Positions 29,374 through 39,319 of a stretch of DNA of 64,000 nt are shown in pieces. The notes beneath the pieces were generated by a model, which saw only the letters and a list, made by a program, of their open reading frames with translations, ran no database searches and was not told the DNA's origin. The position numbers were made by a program, and so were the translations under genes. Position 1 is the first letter of the stretch. Each line of letters starts with the position of its first letter. The DNA lies in assembly GCA_964441275.1 (NCBI GenBank), contig CAYTUG010000010.1, forward strand, positions 6,684 through 70,683, in the 5' to 3' direction. The DNA is from an uncultured Christensenellaceae bacterium (GTDB taxonomy: Bacteria > Bacillota > Clostridia > Christensenellales > SZUA-584).

Positions 29374-30000
29374 TTATATTCTTTTTATCTGCACGAAATC
29401 CAGATCGACATGTGTGTCGCGCCCAAACATAGACACAACCACTTTAACCTTCTGTCTTTCGGGTTGCACTTCTTTTATTACTCCTACAAAACTTTCAAGC
29501 GGACCTGACGTAATCATTATATTTTCGCCCACTTCGACATCAAGTTTAATGGGTATATTTTCAACCCCCATAGCGCGAACTTCTTTATCGGTTAAGGGTA
29601 TAGGTTTAGAGCCGGGGCCGACAAAACCGGTGACGCCCCTTGTGTTGCGCACCACGTACCAGGTTTCATCGTCAAGAATCATCTTGATCATAACATAGCC
29701 CGGATAGCGCTTTTTCATAACGTGTTTCTTTTTGCCGTTTTTTACTTCTATGCTCTCTTCCATGGGAACTTTTACTTCGAGTATTAAATCCTCAAAACCG
29801 CGGTTTTGTATCGCTTTTTCAAGGTTAGCTTTAACTTTATTTTCGTACCCGGAATAGGTATGCACAACATACCAATAGGGTTTGTCCGTTTTTTCTTGCT
29901 TGATAAAGACGCCCTGAAGTTCGGGATTTTTCGGCTGTTCAGTTTCTGATTCCGAAGAAAGCGGCTCGCCGTTTTTTTCGGTTGTTAGTTCATCGGACAT
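29374..30000 (-). CDS. nusG: Transcription termination/antitermination factor NusG (acidic N-terminal extension)
   Basis: WYVVHTYSGYENKVK, YPGYV, VRNTRGVTGFVG, SMFGRDT. Confidence 0.98.
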   Translation of the reverse strand: MSDELTTEKNGEPLSSESETEQPKNPELQGVFIKQEKTDKPYWYVVHTYSGYENKVKANLEKAIQNRGFEDLILEVKVPMEESIEVKNGKKKHVMKKRYPGYVMIKMILDDETWYVVRNTRGVTGFVGPGSKPIPLTDKEVRAMGVENIPIKLDVEVGENIMITSGPLESFVGVIKEVQPERQKVKVVVSMFGRDTHVDLDFVQIKRI

Positions 30001-30040
30001 TTACTAAGTGCGCTTAAATAAAAACTTTTTGCGCGTCTCC

Positions 30041-30313
30041 TTATTTTTTTAGCATGAGATTAAACAACGAGCTTAACCCCAAATCCATCAAGCCTACTAT
30101 AACTGCCAAAACAATAATAAAAGCTATAACGGCGCCTGCATATTTGATAAGCTCTTTGCTTGTCGGCCATGTAACTTTTTTGAGCTCGGATATAACGTCT
30201 TTAAAAAACCGCGCCGGGCTTTTGCGTTTCTTTTTGTTAGCTTTTTTTGCGGCTTTTCTTTGCTGTTCAAGCTTATCTTTCTTATCGTTGCCGAGTAGTT
30301 TTGTTTTTGCCAT
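30041..30313 (-). CDS. secE: Preprotein translocase subunit SecE
   Basis: FFKDVISELKKVTWPT plus single TM; lies between rpmG and nusG. Confidence 0.95.
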   Translation of the reverse strand: MAKTKLLGNDKKDKLEQQRKAAKKANKKKRKSPARFFKDVISELKKVTWPTSKELIKYAGAVIAFIIVLAVIVGLMDLGLSSLFNLMLKK

Positions 30314-30344
30314 AACCCTCACATCCTAAACATTATTATCGATA

Positions 30345-30494
30345 CTACTTTGTTTCCTTATGTGCGGTATGCTTTTTGCAGAAACGGCAGTATTTGCTCA
30401 ATTCCATCCTGTCAGGATCGTTTTTTTTGTTTTTCATAGTATCATAGTTTCTTTGCTTGCATTCAGTGCACGCTAACGTAATTTTGGTACGCAT
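30345..30494 (-). CDS. rpmG: 50S ribosomal protein L33 (Zn-ribbon form), below the ORF-track length cutoff
   Basis: Manual translation [49 protein letters not shown]; GGAGG RBS. Confidence 0.98.
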   Translation of the reverse strand: MRTKITLACTECKQRNYDTMKNKKNDPDRMELSKYCRFCKKHTAHKETK

Positions 30495-30567
30495 CGGTAT
30501 CCTCCAAATAAATATCCGGCGCAATTAAAAAAGGCCTCAAAAAGCCTTGATGAAAAGCACTATCCGT

Positions 30568-30596
30568 AATTTATCACAAGCGGTAGTCGTTGTCAA
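30568..30596 (-). promoter_or_regulatory. SigA-type promoter for rpmG-secE-nusG
   Basis: Minus strand TTGACA-17 nt-TAAATT with TG extension. Confidence 0.7.
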
Positions 30597-30782
30597 CGAT
30601 TACGAAATGTTTTTTGCCGTAAACAGATGGTAAATTCAGCATAAACGGTTACGTTTAAACCGTTTTATTAATTAGATGTCTTACACAATACTATTCGTTT
30701 AAATGTTTTAGGACAAAGTGCGCCATATCGTCATTGTTATTCTGCTTAACACATGATAAAATTAGCTCTCGAAAGGAAAAGC

Positions 30783-31649
30783 ATGTTCGGTTATATTCAG
30801 CCGCTTAAGCCGGAGCTTAAATTGAAAGAATATGAAGCGTATAAGGGCTATTATTGCGGGCTGTGCAAACAAATAAAAGAAAACTATACTAACGCCGCGC
30901 GCTTTATGTTAAACTTCGATTGTGCTGTGCTATATTTATTGTTTGGCTCTTTAAGCGACGCCGCCCCGAAGATATTCACGGAAAGATGCATCGCAAATCC
31001 GTTTAAAAAAAGAATCGTCGTACGCTCGGGCGAGGCGGAATATGCGGCGGCGGTAAATATGCTTTTAGGTTATGCCAAAATAAAAGACAATGTGCGCGAT
31101 GATAAAAAAGCTTCCGCAAAAGCTGCGGCGTTGTTTTTTAAAAGGGTGGGCAAGCGTGCAAAAGCGAAACATGCAGAGCTTTCAAAAGAAATAGAAAAAA
31201 GGCTGGACAATCTTTTTTGCTTAGAGGCGAGCCGTTGCACCCAAATTGACACGGTTGCGGACGAGTTCGCAAATATTCTTGCCGCAGTCTTTAGCATGGC
31301 TCCGTTCGAATTTTTAGACGATGCGGCTAAAAGAACTCTCAGGCATTTTGGCTATAATTTAGGGCGTTGGATATATCTTGCGGATGCCATCTGCGATGTT
31401 GAAACCGACATGAAAAACAATAATTACAATGTGTTTGTCGAGCGTTTTAGCAAAAATTCCGATAATATCAGGCGCGATGCAAAAGAAGAAGCCGAGTTTA
31501 ACTTAAAATACTCGCTTTGCGAAGCGTGCAAGGCCTACGAGTTGTTAGACATAAAAAGAGACAAGCCTTTGCTCGACAATATAATGTATTTAGGTTTGGC
31601 TAAAAAGACGCAGGATGTAATAAAGGGGGAAGCCGATGGATCCGTATAA
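30783..31649 (+). CDS. DUF5685-type conserved protein
   Basis: [39 protein letters not shown]; start moved to ATG 30783. Confidence 0.75.
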   Translation: MFGYIQPLKPELKLKEYEAYKGYYCGLCKQIKENYTNAARFMLNFDCAVLYLLFGSLSDAAPKIFTERCIANPFKKRIVVRSGEAEYAAAVNMLLGYAKIKDNVRDDKKASAKAAALFFKRVGKRAKAKHAELSKEIEKRLDNLFCLEASRCTQIDTVADEFANILAAVFSMAPFEFLDDAAKRTLRHFGYNLGRWIYLADAICDVETDMKNNNYNVFVERFSKNSDNIRRDAKEEAEFNLKYSLCEACKAYELLDIKRDKPLLDNIMYLGLAKKTQDVIKGEADGSV

Positions 31650-32238
31650 AGTTTTGGGGGTTAATCCAAATGCAACGGACGCCGAAATTAAAACGGCATA
31701 TCGCCGGTTAGCAAAAAAATATCATCCCGATAAATACCGGGGACATGATCTTGAAGACCTTGCCGGAGAGCGGTTAAAAGAAATAAACGAAGCGTACGAT
31801 GTAATACAAAAACAGCGTCAATCCGGGGGAGGTCATTCGTACAACACGGCAGGCCAATATAATTCGGGTTCACCTCAGTTTGCGCAAATCCGTAATGCAA
31901 TTACAAGAGGAGAGTTAACCCGGGCGGAAGCAATGTTGGATCAGATGGCTGATCATACTGCGGAATGGCACTATCTTAAAGGCATGGTTTTGCTTAGAAA
32001 GGGTTGGTACGAAGGCGCCCGCCAGCATTTTGCCACAGCGGTAGGGCTTGACCCGACAAACATGGAGTATGCCAACGCATACAACACCGTTAACAGAAGC
32101 GCAAGCGGATACGGCCAAACATATTACGGAGGGCGGGCAAACGACGGCGGATGCGATGTGTGCAATTTGTGTGCCGGGTTAATGTGTGCGGATTGCTGCT
32201 GCGAATGTGCGGGAGGAGATTTAATACGTTGTTGTTAA
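31636..32238 (+). CDS. J-domain protein with TPR-like middle and Cys-rich C-terminus
   Basis: MDPYKVLGV...YHPD J domain; AEWHYLKG; tail [28 protein letters not shown]. Confidence 0.88.
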   Translation: MDPYKVLGVNPNATDAEIKTAYRRLAKKYHPDKYRGHDLEDLAGERLKEINEAYDVIQKQRQSGGGHSYNTAGQYNSGSPQFAQIRNAITRGELTRAEAMLDQMADHTAEWHYLKGMVLLRKGWYEGARQHFATAVGLDPTNMEYANAYNTVNRSASGYGQTYYGGRANDGGCDVCNLCAGLMCADCCCECAGGDLIRCC

Positions 32239-32262
32239 TAACCCCCGGGAAGGAGAGCGAAC

Positions 32263-32790
32263 ATGCCTCGGTTTCATCGTACATCGCATAGGATAAGCTT
32301 AACCGCAATGTTTGCGGCTATGACGCTTTTAGTATTGTTCTTAGCATCGGTGCTTCCGACTTTGCGCATTTCTATGTTTTTTTTAAGCTCCATATTTGTT
32401 ATGGGCCTATTGATAGAAGAGGAGATAGGGCTTGCGCTGCTTATGTTTGCGGTCGTTTCAATACTGTCGCTTTTGCTTATGCCCTTGTCCCGCGCGATGT
32501 ATTACATACTCTTTTTTGGGCATTACGGAATAGCTAAACATGTTATTCAAACGCGTATAAAAGATAAAGTGATAGCTTATGTTTTAAAGATAATATATTT
32601 TAATGTTGCGCTATCGCTAATCTATTTAATTGCGCGTCAGGCGGTTATAGAAGATGTATTAGCGTCGGGCTGGGCGCTTGCGGTTATTATCGGCGTGGCT
32701 CAGGTCGCGTTTATAATCTATGATTACGCATTCACAAAGGTAACAAAATATTATATAAACAATATCAGAAGACTGCTCATGAAAAACTAA
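32263..32790 (+). CDS. Small multi-pass membrane protein
   Basis: About 5 hydrophobic segments; co-oriented after the J-domain gene. Confidence 0.7.
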   Translation: MPRFHRTSHRISLTAMFAAMTLLVLFLASVLPTLRISMFFLSSIFVMGLLIEEEIGLALLMFAVVSILSLLLMPLSRAMYYILFFGHYGIAKHVIQTRIKDKVIAYVLKIIYFNVALSLIYLIARQAVIEDVLASGWALAVIIGVAQVAFIIYDYAFTKVTKYYINNIRRLLMKN

Positions 32791-32798
32791 ACGGCCGC

Positions 32799-33479
32799 TT
32801 AGTTTTTATCGAAAGTTAAATTGCTTTTACCGAATATAGGTATCGAGTCGCCTAAGTATTTTGGTTCCGGTAAAAATATGTGGACATACAGAAAATCTTT
32901 TACACGGGCTATGCTTTCGCGTATATTGTTATAACTCTCTGCCGCGTAACGCCGTAAATCCGATTTAACGCCGCGTGCGTTAAGTGAAAGCGCTTGGGCT
33001 ATATATATTGCCCTTGAAAGGTGAAACTCCTGTGTAACTATTATTACATTGCGCACCAAAAATACATCGCGCGCACGATAAATGCTTTCGTATGTTGAAA
33101 AACCTGCATGGTCAAGGAATATATCTTCTTTTGGCACGCCGCATGAAACGGCGTATTCCATCATTGCGTTTACTTCGTCATACTCTTTTTGGCCATGGTC
33201 TCCCGACAGCAGAAGTTTATCCGCTTTGCCTGCTTTATATATGGCAATAGCCGTTTGCATCCGATCGGCAAGTATAGGCGATATATGCGTATCGTCATAT
33301 ACGAGCGCGCCCAATACTAAAACGCAGTCTGCCGTATCGAGCGTATCAATGTTCTCAATATCGGTTATGTATTGTTCAGAAGCATTAATAACAATGCTGT
33401 TTATAATAAATAACGCAGCAGCGCATAAAACGATTAATGAAACCAGCACTGCCAACGCGGTAAATATTCTTTTTTTCAT
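32799..33479 (-). CDS. SanA/YdcF (DUF218) family protein
   Basis: VLVLGA, LLLSGDHG..YDEV, DHAGFSTYESIYRA, IVTQEFHLSRA. Confidence 0.9.
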   Translation of the reverse strand: MKKRIFTALAVLVSLIVLCAAALFIINSIVINASEQYITDIENIDTLDTADCVLVLGALVYDDTHISPILADRMQTAIAIYKAGKADKLLLSGDHGQKEYDEVNAMMEYAVSCGVPKEDIFLDHAGFSTYESIYRARDVFLVRNVIIVTQEFHLSRAIYIAQALSLNARGVKSDLRRYAAESYNNIRESIARVKDFLYVHIFLPEPKYLGDSIPIFGKSNLTFDKN

Positions 33480-33647
33480 AGTTTCCTTGTAAATATTTTT
33501 TATATACAGATAAATGAGTATTTATGGATTGAGTGCGCCCGCCCGGGCTATAAGCGATACACATGCTGCATAACAAAATTGAATCATGTTGTGAAAACAT
33601 GTTAAATACTTGATACTGCCTTGTTTTAGCCAGTATCAAGTAAAAAA

Positions 33648-33836
33648 CTACACTCGCGAAACTTTACCCGACCGCAAGCATCTTGTGCACACATACAGCC
33701 TTTTTGGTGCACCGTCAACAACGGCGCGCACGCGCTGAACATTAGGGGACCATGATTTTCTTGCTTTACGGTTGGAATGGCTTACCGTATTGCCGCTCAT
33801 TTTGCCTTTATTGCATATATCACAAAAATTAGCCAC
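33648..33836 (-). CDS. rpmB: 50S ribosomal protein L28
   Basis: CDICNKGKMSGNTVSHSNRK..WSPNVQ..VCTRCLRSGKV. Confidence 0.98.
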   Translation of the reverse strand: MANFCDICNKGKMSGNTVSHSNRKARKSWSPNVQRVRAVVDGAPKRLYVCTRCLRSGKVSRV

Positions 33837-34015
33837 GCTTTACACCTCTCTTTTAAGTTGCCGTTTGGTATTCTAACATTTGAATTATTATTTTGCAAGT
33901 TAAAAAACAAGATTGAATATTTTATATTGTTACAACGTGCCTTTTAATTGCCTTGACAAAAAATCCGTTTAATATGGGCAACCTTTTAAAGCGCAAGATT
34001 GTCAAATATTATGGA

Positions 34016-36463
34016 TTAAAAATATTTTGCAGGTTTAAACCGTTTTAGGCGCAAAGCGTTGGTTACCACCGAAACGGAGCTTAGCGCCATGGCTGCCCCG
34101 GCAAAAACGGGGTTGAGCAAAGGCCCGCCAAACAGGTAGAAAACTCCTGCGGCAAACGGAATGCCCGCAAAATTGTATATAAACGCCCAAAACAGATTTT
34201 GCTTAATTGTGCGCATTGTAGCGCGGCTTAACGCTATAGCGGTGGGCACTTTCATAGGGTCGCCCTGCATAAGCACTATATCGGCGGACTCTACCGCTAT
34301 ATCCGTACCCGTACCTATCGCCATACCCGTATCGGATTCTACAAGGGCGGGCGCATCGTTTATGCCGTCTCCTACCATTGCCACTTTTTTGCCTTGTTCT
34401 TTAAGTTTTTTTATCTGCGCAGCTTTATCTTGAGGGAGCACATCGGCAAGAACTTTTTGTATGCCTGCCTCTTTAGCAATTGCATACGCAGTGTTTTTGT
34501 TATCGCCGGTTATCATAACGGCGTCTATGCCCATATTTTTAAGCGCATGTACAGCATTTTTGCTTGTGGGTTTAAGCTCGTCTGCTGCGGCTAACAGCCC
34601 CCAAAGCCTGTTGTTTACTGCTACATACATTAATGTGCGCCCCTTATTAGAAAGCGATTGTGCGTCTTTTTGCGATAAAGACAAATCAATGTTGTTTTCG
34701 CTCATCAATTTAACGTTGCCTGATAACACGTGACTGCCCGACACGTAAGCGTCAATTCCGCGGCCGGGCACGGCTTTGAAAGATTCGGGATTGCTAAGAT
34801 TTATTTTCTGATTATTTGCGTGCTCGACAATTGCGCGCGCTATCGGATGTTCGGAGCCTTTTTCCGCGGAAGCGGTAAGCTGCAACAACGTGTTTGCATC
34901 GGTATCGCCGTATGCGACTATATCGGTTAACACAGGCTCTCCCTTTGTCAAAGTGCCGGTTTTGTCAAACACCACAGTGTTGATGCCATGCGCAGTTTCG
35001 AGCGCTTCGCCGCCCTTAACCAACACTCCAAGCTCGGCTCCTTTGCCGGTGCCCACCATAATGGCAGTAGGCGTGGCAAGGCCAAGAGCGCACGGACACG
35101 CAATTACCAATACCGATACAAAGCTGTTTAGTACAAAGTTGAAATCTTTTCCGGCGAGCGTCCATGCAAAGCCGCTTAAAATAGCAATAATTATTACCGT
35201 GGGCACAAAATAACCGGAAACTTTGTCGGCTATTTTAGCAATAGGCGCTTTATTGCTTTGCGCCTCTTCCACAATGTGTATTATTTGTGCTAACGTTGTG
35301 TCTTCGCCAACCTTGGTAACCTTAAGCCTAAGCAATCCTTCGCCGTTTATGCTTCCCCCCGTAACCGCGCTGCCCGGGTGCTTTTCCGCCGGTAGGCTTT
35401 CTCCTGTTAGCATCGATTCGTTTACCGAAGATATGCCCTCAATTACAACCGCATCGACAGGTATTGACGCACCGGGGCGCACTATAACAATATCCGATAC
35501 CGCCACTTCCTCTATCAACACTTCTGTTTCTTCTTCGCCCCGCAGAACCGTTGCGGTTTTGGGCGCAAGTTTTATAAGCTTTTTTATTGCCTGAGACGTT
35601 TTGCCTTTGCTGATGGCTTCAAGATATTTGCCTAACATCACAAGCGTCACAACAACCGCGGCGCTCTCAAAATATATCGACTGGGCGAAGCTTAAATCGC
35701 CAAAATACACTCTTGACAGCGCATAAACGCTGTATAAGAATGCGCTGCTTGTGCCTATGGCAACTAAAGTATCCATGTTAGGCGCTCTTTTGAAAAGCAT
35801 TCTAAAACCGTTGATATAAAAATGTCTGCCCGCAATAAGTATAGGTATTGTCAGCACAAGCTGAATAAGCCCAAAATTTAGCGGATACAAGTGAGGAGTG
35901 ATAAACCATGGCAAGGGCAAAAACGGCAGCATATGAGCCATGCCTATATACAGTTCGGGCAATGCAAAAACAGAAGCGATTATAATGCGCAGGCGCATAC
36001 TCCGCAACATTTTTGCCCTTTTAAGCTCGCTTTCGTCTTTTTCACCGGCTTGCGGGGTATACCCGGCTTTTATAACCGCATTTTTGATCTGTATAAAGTT
36101 TGTTACCCCGGCGTCATATTTCACGCGCGCACGGTTTGTGGCTAAGTTTACCGATGCGGACTTAACCCCTTCAACGCCTAAAAGCGCACGTTCAACGGCG
36201 GCGGCGCATGCGGCGCACGTCATACCGTCTATTGCAACGGTTACGCTGCTTATGCTATCGGCGATGTCGTATCCGGAATCCCGAACTCTCTTTTTTATTG
36301 TCTCAAAGTCCAGTTTGGTTTCGTCAAACAGCAGGCGCAACTTTTCGGTTGCAATGTTTACATCTGCCGAAATAACCCCGGGCAGCTTTGCGATTTCTTT
36401 TTGCAGGTGCGCTGCGCAAGCGGCGCACGACATGCCGGTAATGGAATATGTTCTTTCAGTCAT
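34016..36463 (-). CDS. copA: Cu(I)-translocating P1B-type ATPase with two HMA domains
   Basis: Two GMxCxxC HMA motifs, TGES, CPC, DKTGT, SEHP, GDGINDAP, YN and MALSS. Confidence 0.93.
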   Translation of the reverse strand: MTERTYSITGMSCAACAAHLQKEIAKLPGVISADVNIATEKLRLLFDETKLDFETIKKRVRDSGYDIADSISSVTVAIDGMTCAACAAAVERALLGVEGVKSASVNLATNRARVKYDAGVTNFIQIKNAVIKAGYTPQAGEKDESELKRAKMLRSMRLRIIIASVFALPELYIGMAHMLPFLPLPWFITPHLYPLNFGLIQLVLTIPILIAGRHFYINGFRMLFKRAPNMDTLVAIGTSSAFLYSVYALSRVYFGDLSFAQSIYFESAAVVVTLVMLGKYLEAISKGKTSQAIKKLIKLAPKTATVLRGEEETEVLIEEVAVSDIVIVRPGASIPVDAVVIEGISSVNESMLTGESLPAEKHPGSAVTGGSINGEGLLRLKVTKVGEDTTLAQIIHIVEEAQSNKAPIAKIADKVSGYFVPTVIIIAILSGFAWTLAGKDFNFVLNSFVSVLVIACPCALGLATPTAIMVGTGKGAELGVLVKGGEALETAHGINTVVFDKTGTLTKGEPVLTDIVAYGDTDANTLLQLTASAEKGSEHPIARAIVEHANNQKINLSNPESFKAVPGRGIDAYVSGSHVLSGNVKLMSENNIDLSLSQKDAQSLSNKGRTLMYVAVNNRLWGLLAAADELKPTSKNAVHALKNMGIDAVMITGDNKNTAYAIAKEAGIQKVLADVLPQDKAAQIKKLKEQGKKVAMVGDGINDAPALVESDTGMAIGTGTDIAVESADIVLMQGDPMKVPTAIALSRATMRTIKQNLFWAFIYNFAGIPFAAGVFYLFGGPLLNPVFAGAAMALSSVSVVTNALRLKRFKPAKYF

Positions 36464-36783
36464 TGCGATTACCCTCCCGATTATACTAAAAGTGTTTAAT
36501 AATAAATGCTATCGGCGGCAAACAACCCGATGCTTTGAGCCTGCGAAATAATATGCTTATTTTACTTACAAATACTACTCTTTGTCAAACATATCAACCA
36601 ATATTATATGCTCATTTTACGGTTATTAAATGCTGCAAAAAATATTTGACCGGCAATTTTAAAAGACGCGGATTGTATTAAGCATTTTGTTTATGCGGCG
36701 GCGCGAATTTATATTCGTTGTCTTAGCCGTTTGATGGGCAAAACCAAACGGAATACGTTGCAAGCCGGAGTTTTGTTTTTACA

Positions 36784-36833
36784 TTGACAATCGAAGACCC
36801 ACATGTTACCATTTTTAATGCAATAGTTTTGCA
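36784..36833 (+). promoter_or_regulatory. SigA promoter and Zur/Fur-like palindrome upstream of the Zn ABC operon
   Basis: TTGACA (36784)-17 nt-TACCAT with TG extension, then palindrome TGCAATAGTTTTGCA (36819-36833). Confidence 0.6.
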
Positions 36834-36850
36834 ATAAGGAGCGAAGAATT

Positions 36851-37738
36851 TTGAAAAGAGCGGCAAAACTTATATTATTAGCAGCTTTAGTTTGTTTAAT
36901 TGGATGCGGCGGAAACGATCAAGCGTTAAATATCGGCAAACAGAAACTGAACGTAGCGGTCGGAATCGCACCTTTAGCCGAGTTTGTTGAAAAGACGGGC
37001 GGGGAACTTGTGCAGGTTGTGACAATGGTCCCCCCGGGAAACAATCCCGAAACATATTCTCCCTCCGCCGGCCAGATGAAAACGCTTTCCGATGCATCTG
37101 TATATTTTTCGCTTGAGCTTCCTTCCGAGCAGGCTAATATTTTGCCCAAATTGCATGATTTAAGCCCGGGCATAAGGGTTGTTGACCTTCAATCCGAAGC
37201 CGAAAAGGTATACCCCATGCTGCATTTTGACAATGAACATCACGACAAAAACGAATACACAAAAGATTTTCACATTTGGCTGTCCCCCAAACGGGCTATT
37301 GTAATTGTAAGCGCAATCGCAGATGTGCTTTGCGAAATCGATAAGGGGAACGAGAACGCTTATAAGGCTAACGCCAAAAACTATATAGACGAGCTGTCCT
37401 CACTCGATTCCAAAATTAAGGATTTGCTTGAAGAACGCGGCACCAAAGCTTTTATAATATATCACGCGGCATACGCATATTTTGCCGATGACTATGACGT
37501 TGCCATGGTAGCTATTGAGGCGGAAGGGAAAAAAGCTTCGGCGACTGATTTGCAGGCGGTGATTGAGTTCGCAAAAGCAAACGGCATAAAGACAATTCTT
37601 TATCAGCAAGAGTTTGACGCGGGGCAGGCGCGCACAATTGCTTCCGAAATAGGCGGAGTGGCAAAACAAGCCGCACCGCTATCCAAAGATTATATTAACT
37701 CGATGCGCGATTTTGCAGCAGCGATAACGGAAAATTGA
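36851..37738 (+). CDS. Zn/Mn ABC transporter substrate-binding lipoprotein (ZnuA-like)
   Basis: Lipobox LIGC, PGNNPETY, DFHIWLSP, YHAAYAYFADDY. Confidence 0.9.
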   Translation: MKRAAKLILLAALVCLIGCGGNDQALNIGKQKLNVAVGIAPLAEFVEKTGGELVQVVTMVPPGNNPETYSPSAGQMKTLSDASVYFSLELPSEQANILPKLHDLSPGIRVVDLQSEAEKVYPMLHFDNEHHDKNEYTKDFHIWLSPKRAIVIVSAIADVLCEIDKGNENAYKANAKNYIDELSSLDSKIKDLLEERGTKAFIIYHAAYAYFADDYDVAMVAIEAEGKKASATDLQAVIEFAKANGIKTILYQQEFDAGQARTIASEIGGVAKQAAPLSKDYINSMRDFAAAITEN

Positions 37739-38418
37739 TGGAAACTGCGATTCGATTGGAAAACATAAGATATTGTTTTGGAAATGTATGCGCGTTAAAC
37801 GGCGTAAACTTTTCCGTTGCTAAAAACTCGCTGACGGTGCTTGTAGGGCCTAACGGAGGCGGAAAGAGCACACTTATACGCCTGATTTGCGGGCTGCTTG
37901 CACCGGACGACGGCAGCATAAAAGGAGCCGGTATTGCGGCATATGTGCCTCAGAATTTAAGCTTTGACGTTTCATTTCCTGTTAAGGTTAAAGAATTTGT
38001 GCTTATGGGAATGATAAGCAGGCGGATAAGCCCCTTTTTTCGCTTTGGCGGCAACCATCGTTTGATAGCAAAAGAGACAATGCGGCAGGCGGGGATTTTA
38101 GACGTAGCCGAAAGAAGCATCAGCCAACTTTCAGGCGGGCAGCGCGGGCGCGCGCTTATAGCCCGGGCGCTGGTATCCGATGCGGACATAATAGCGCTTG
38201 ACGAACCGGACGCAAATCTTGATATTGATGCGGCGCGCTCGCTGTATGCTATGTTGAAAACATTGAAAAATGAGAAGACGATAATAATGGCAAGTCACCG
38301 TTTGGGCGATGTGGTTGATATTGCGGACAAATTGTTATATGTAAACAATACGGTAAACGAGTACACAGACCCCAACGAGTATAAACACGGGTTTAAGGAG
38401 AGACGGCAAAGTGATTGA
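37735..38418 (+). CDS. Metal ABC transporter ATP-binding protein (ZnuC-like)
   Basis: GPNGGGKST, YVPQ, LSGGQ, LDEP. Confidence 0.9.
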   Translation: MMETAIRLENIRYCFGNVCALNGVNFSVAKNSLTVLVGPNGGGKSTLIRLICGLLAPDDGSIKGAGIAAYVPQNLSFDVSFPVKVKEFVLMGMISRRISPFFRFGGNHRLIAKETMRQAGILDVAERSISQLSGGQRGRALIARALVSDADIIALDEPDANLDIDAARSLYAMLKTLKNEKTIIMASHRLGDVVDIADKLLYVNNTVNEYTDPNEYKHGFKERRQSD

Positions 38419-39268
38419 AGCAATTTTAAACTATGCATTTATGCGCAATGCCATTATTGCCGCGGCGCTTGCCAGCATAACGGGGGGAATTATTGGCGCC
38501 ATCGCAATGGAAAAAAAGCTTATCAGCATGTCGGGCGGAATAGCGCATGCATCGTTCGGCGGAATAGGGTTAGGGTACCTTGTCGGGTTTGAGCCTATTT
38601 TCGGCGGAGTTGCATTTGCAATAGCAACATCTGCTCTAATAGCTAAGATGCCCGAAAATGCGCGCCTTAAGGCGGACACCATGACGGGAATACTCTGGTC
38701 TTTTGGCATGGCGCTTGGGATATTGTTTATTTCGCTGCGTCCCGGGTACACGCCCGATATGACCAGCTATCTGTTTGGCGATATTCTTTCGGTTTCATCG
38801 GACACCGTTGTGTACTTGGCGATATTTACTTTGGCTGTATCTCTCGTATTTGTATCATTCTATAATCATTTGGTGCTTTATCTATTTGATGAAGAATACG
38901 CCGCCGCGGCAGGTATAAAAGTTAACGTTTTAAAGTGGATAGTTCACATAATAATACCCGTGGGCATAATAGTACTTTTAAAAATTGTAGGAATACTGCT
39001 TACAATCGCTCTTATGACCATTCCGGTATCGGCCGCAAAAATGCTATGCAATTCTTTCGGCAGGGTAATTGCCGTATCCGTGCTGGTCAGCCTTTTATTT
39101 TGTATTACCGGGCTTGTTGTCTCTTACTATTTAAACATCCCTTCCGGCGTGTGCATTGTTGTTATTAGCACATTGGCGTATCTGTTGTTGCTTGCGACAA
39201 AGGGCAGCCTTACAAGATGGATGCACAGGCGCGCAAAACATAAACTTAAAAAACCCCAACCTGTCTGA
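38411..39268 (+). CDS. Metal ABC transporter permease (ZnuB-like)
   Basis: GIAHASFGGIGLG, SYLFGDIL, FDEEYAAAAG, IVGILL. Confidence 0.92.
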   Translation: MIEAILNYAFMRNAIIAAALASITGGIIGAIAMEKKLISMSGGIAHASFGGIGLGYLVGFEPIFGGVAFAIATSALIAKMPENARLKADTMTGILWSFGMALGILFISLRPGYTPDMTSYLFGDILSVSSDTVVYLAIFTLAVSLVFVSFYNHLVLYLFDEEYAAAAGIKVNVLKWIVHIIIPVGIIVLLKIVGILLTIALMTIPVSAAKMLCNSFGRVIAVSVLVSLLFCITGLVVSYYLNIPSGVCIVVISTLAYLLLLATKGSLTRWMHRRAKHKLKKPQPV

Positions 39269-39319
39269 TGGAAATTTGTTTTAAAGATTCTGTAATTACA
39301 AAGTATTGTAATTTAAGGT

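Noticed and set aside
36464-36780. CsoR/CopY operator or riboswitch between copA and the Zn ABC operon
   Set aside because: No convincing TACC-N-GGTA or TACA-NN-TGTA palindrome or known RNA motif; only a short generic hairpin.
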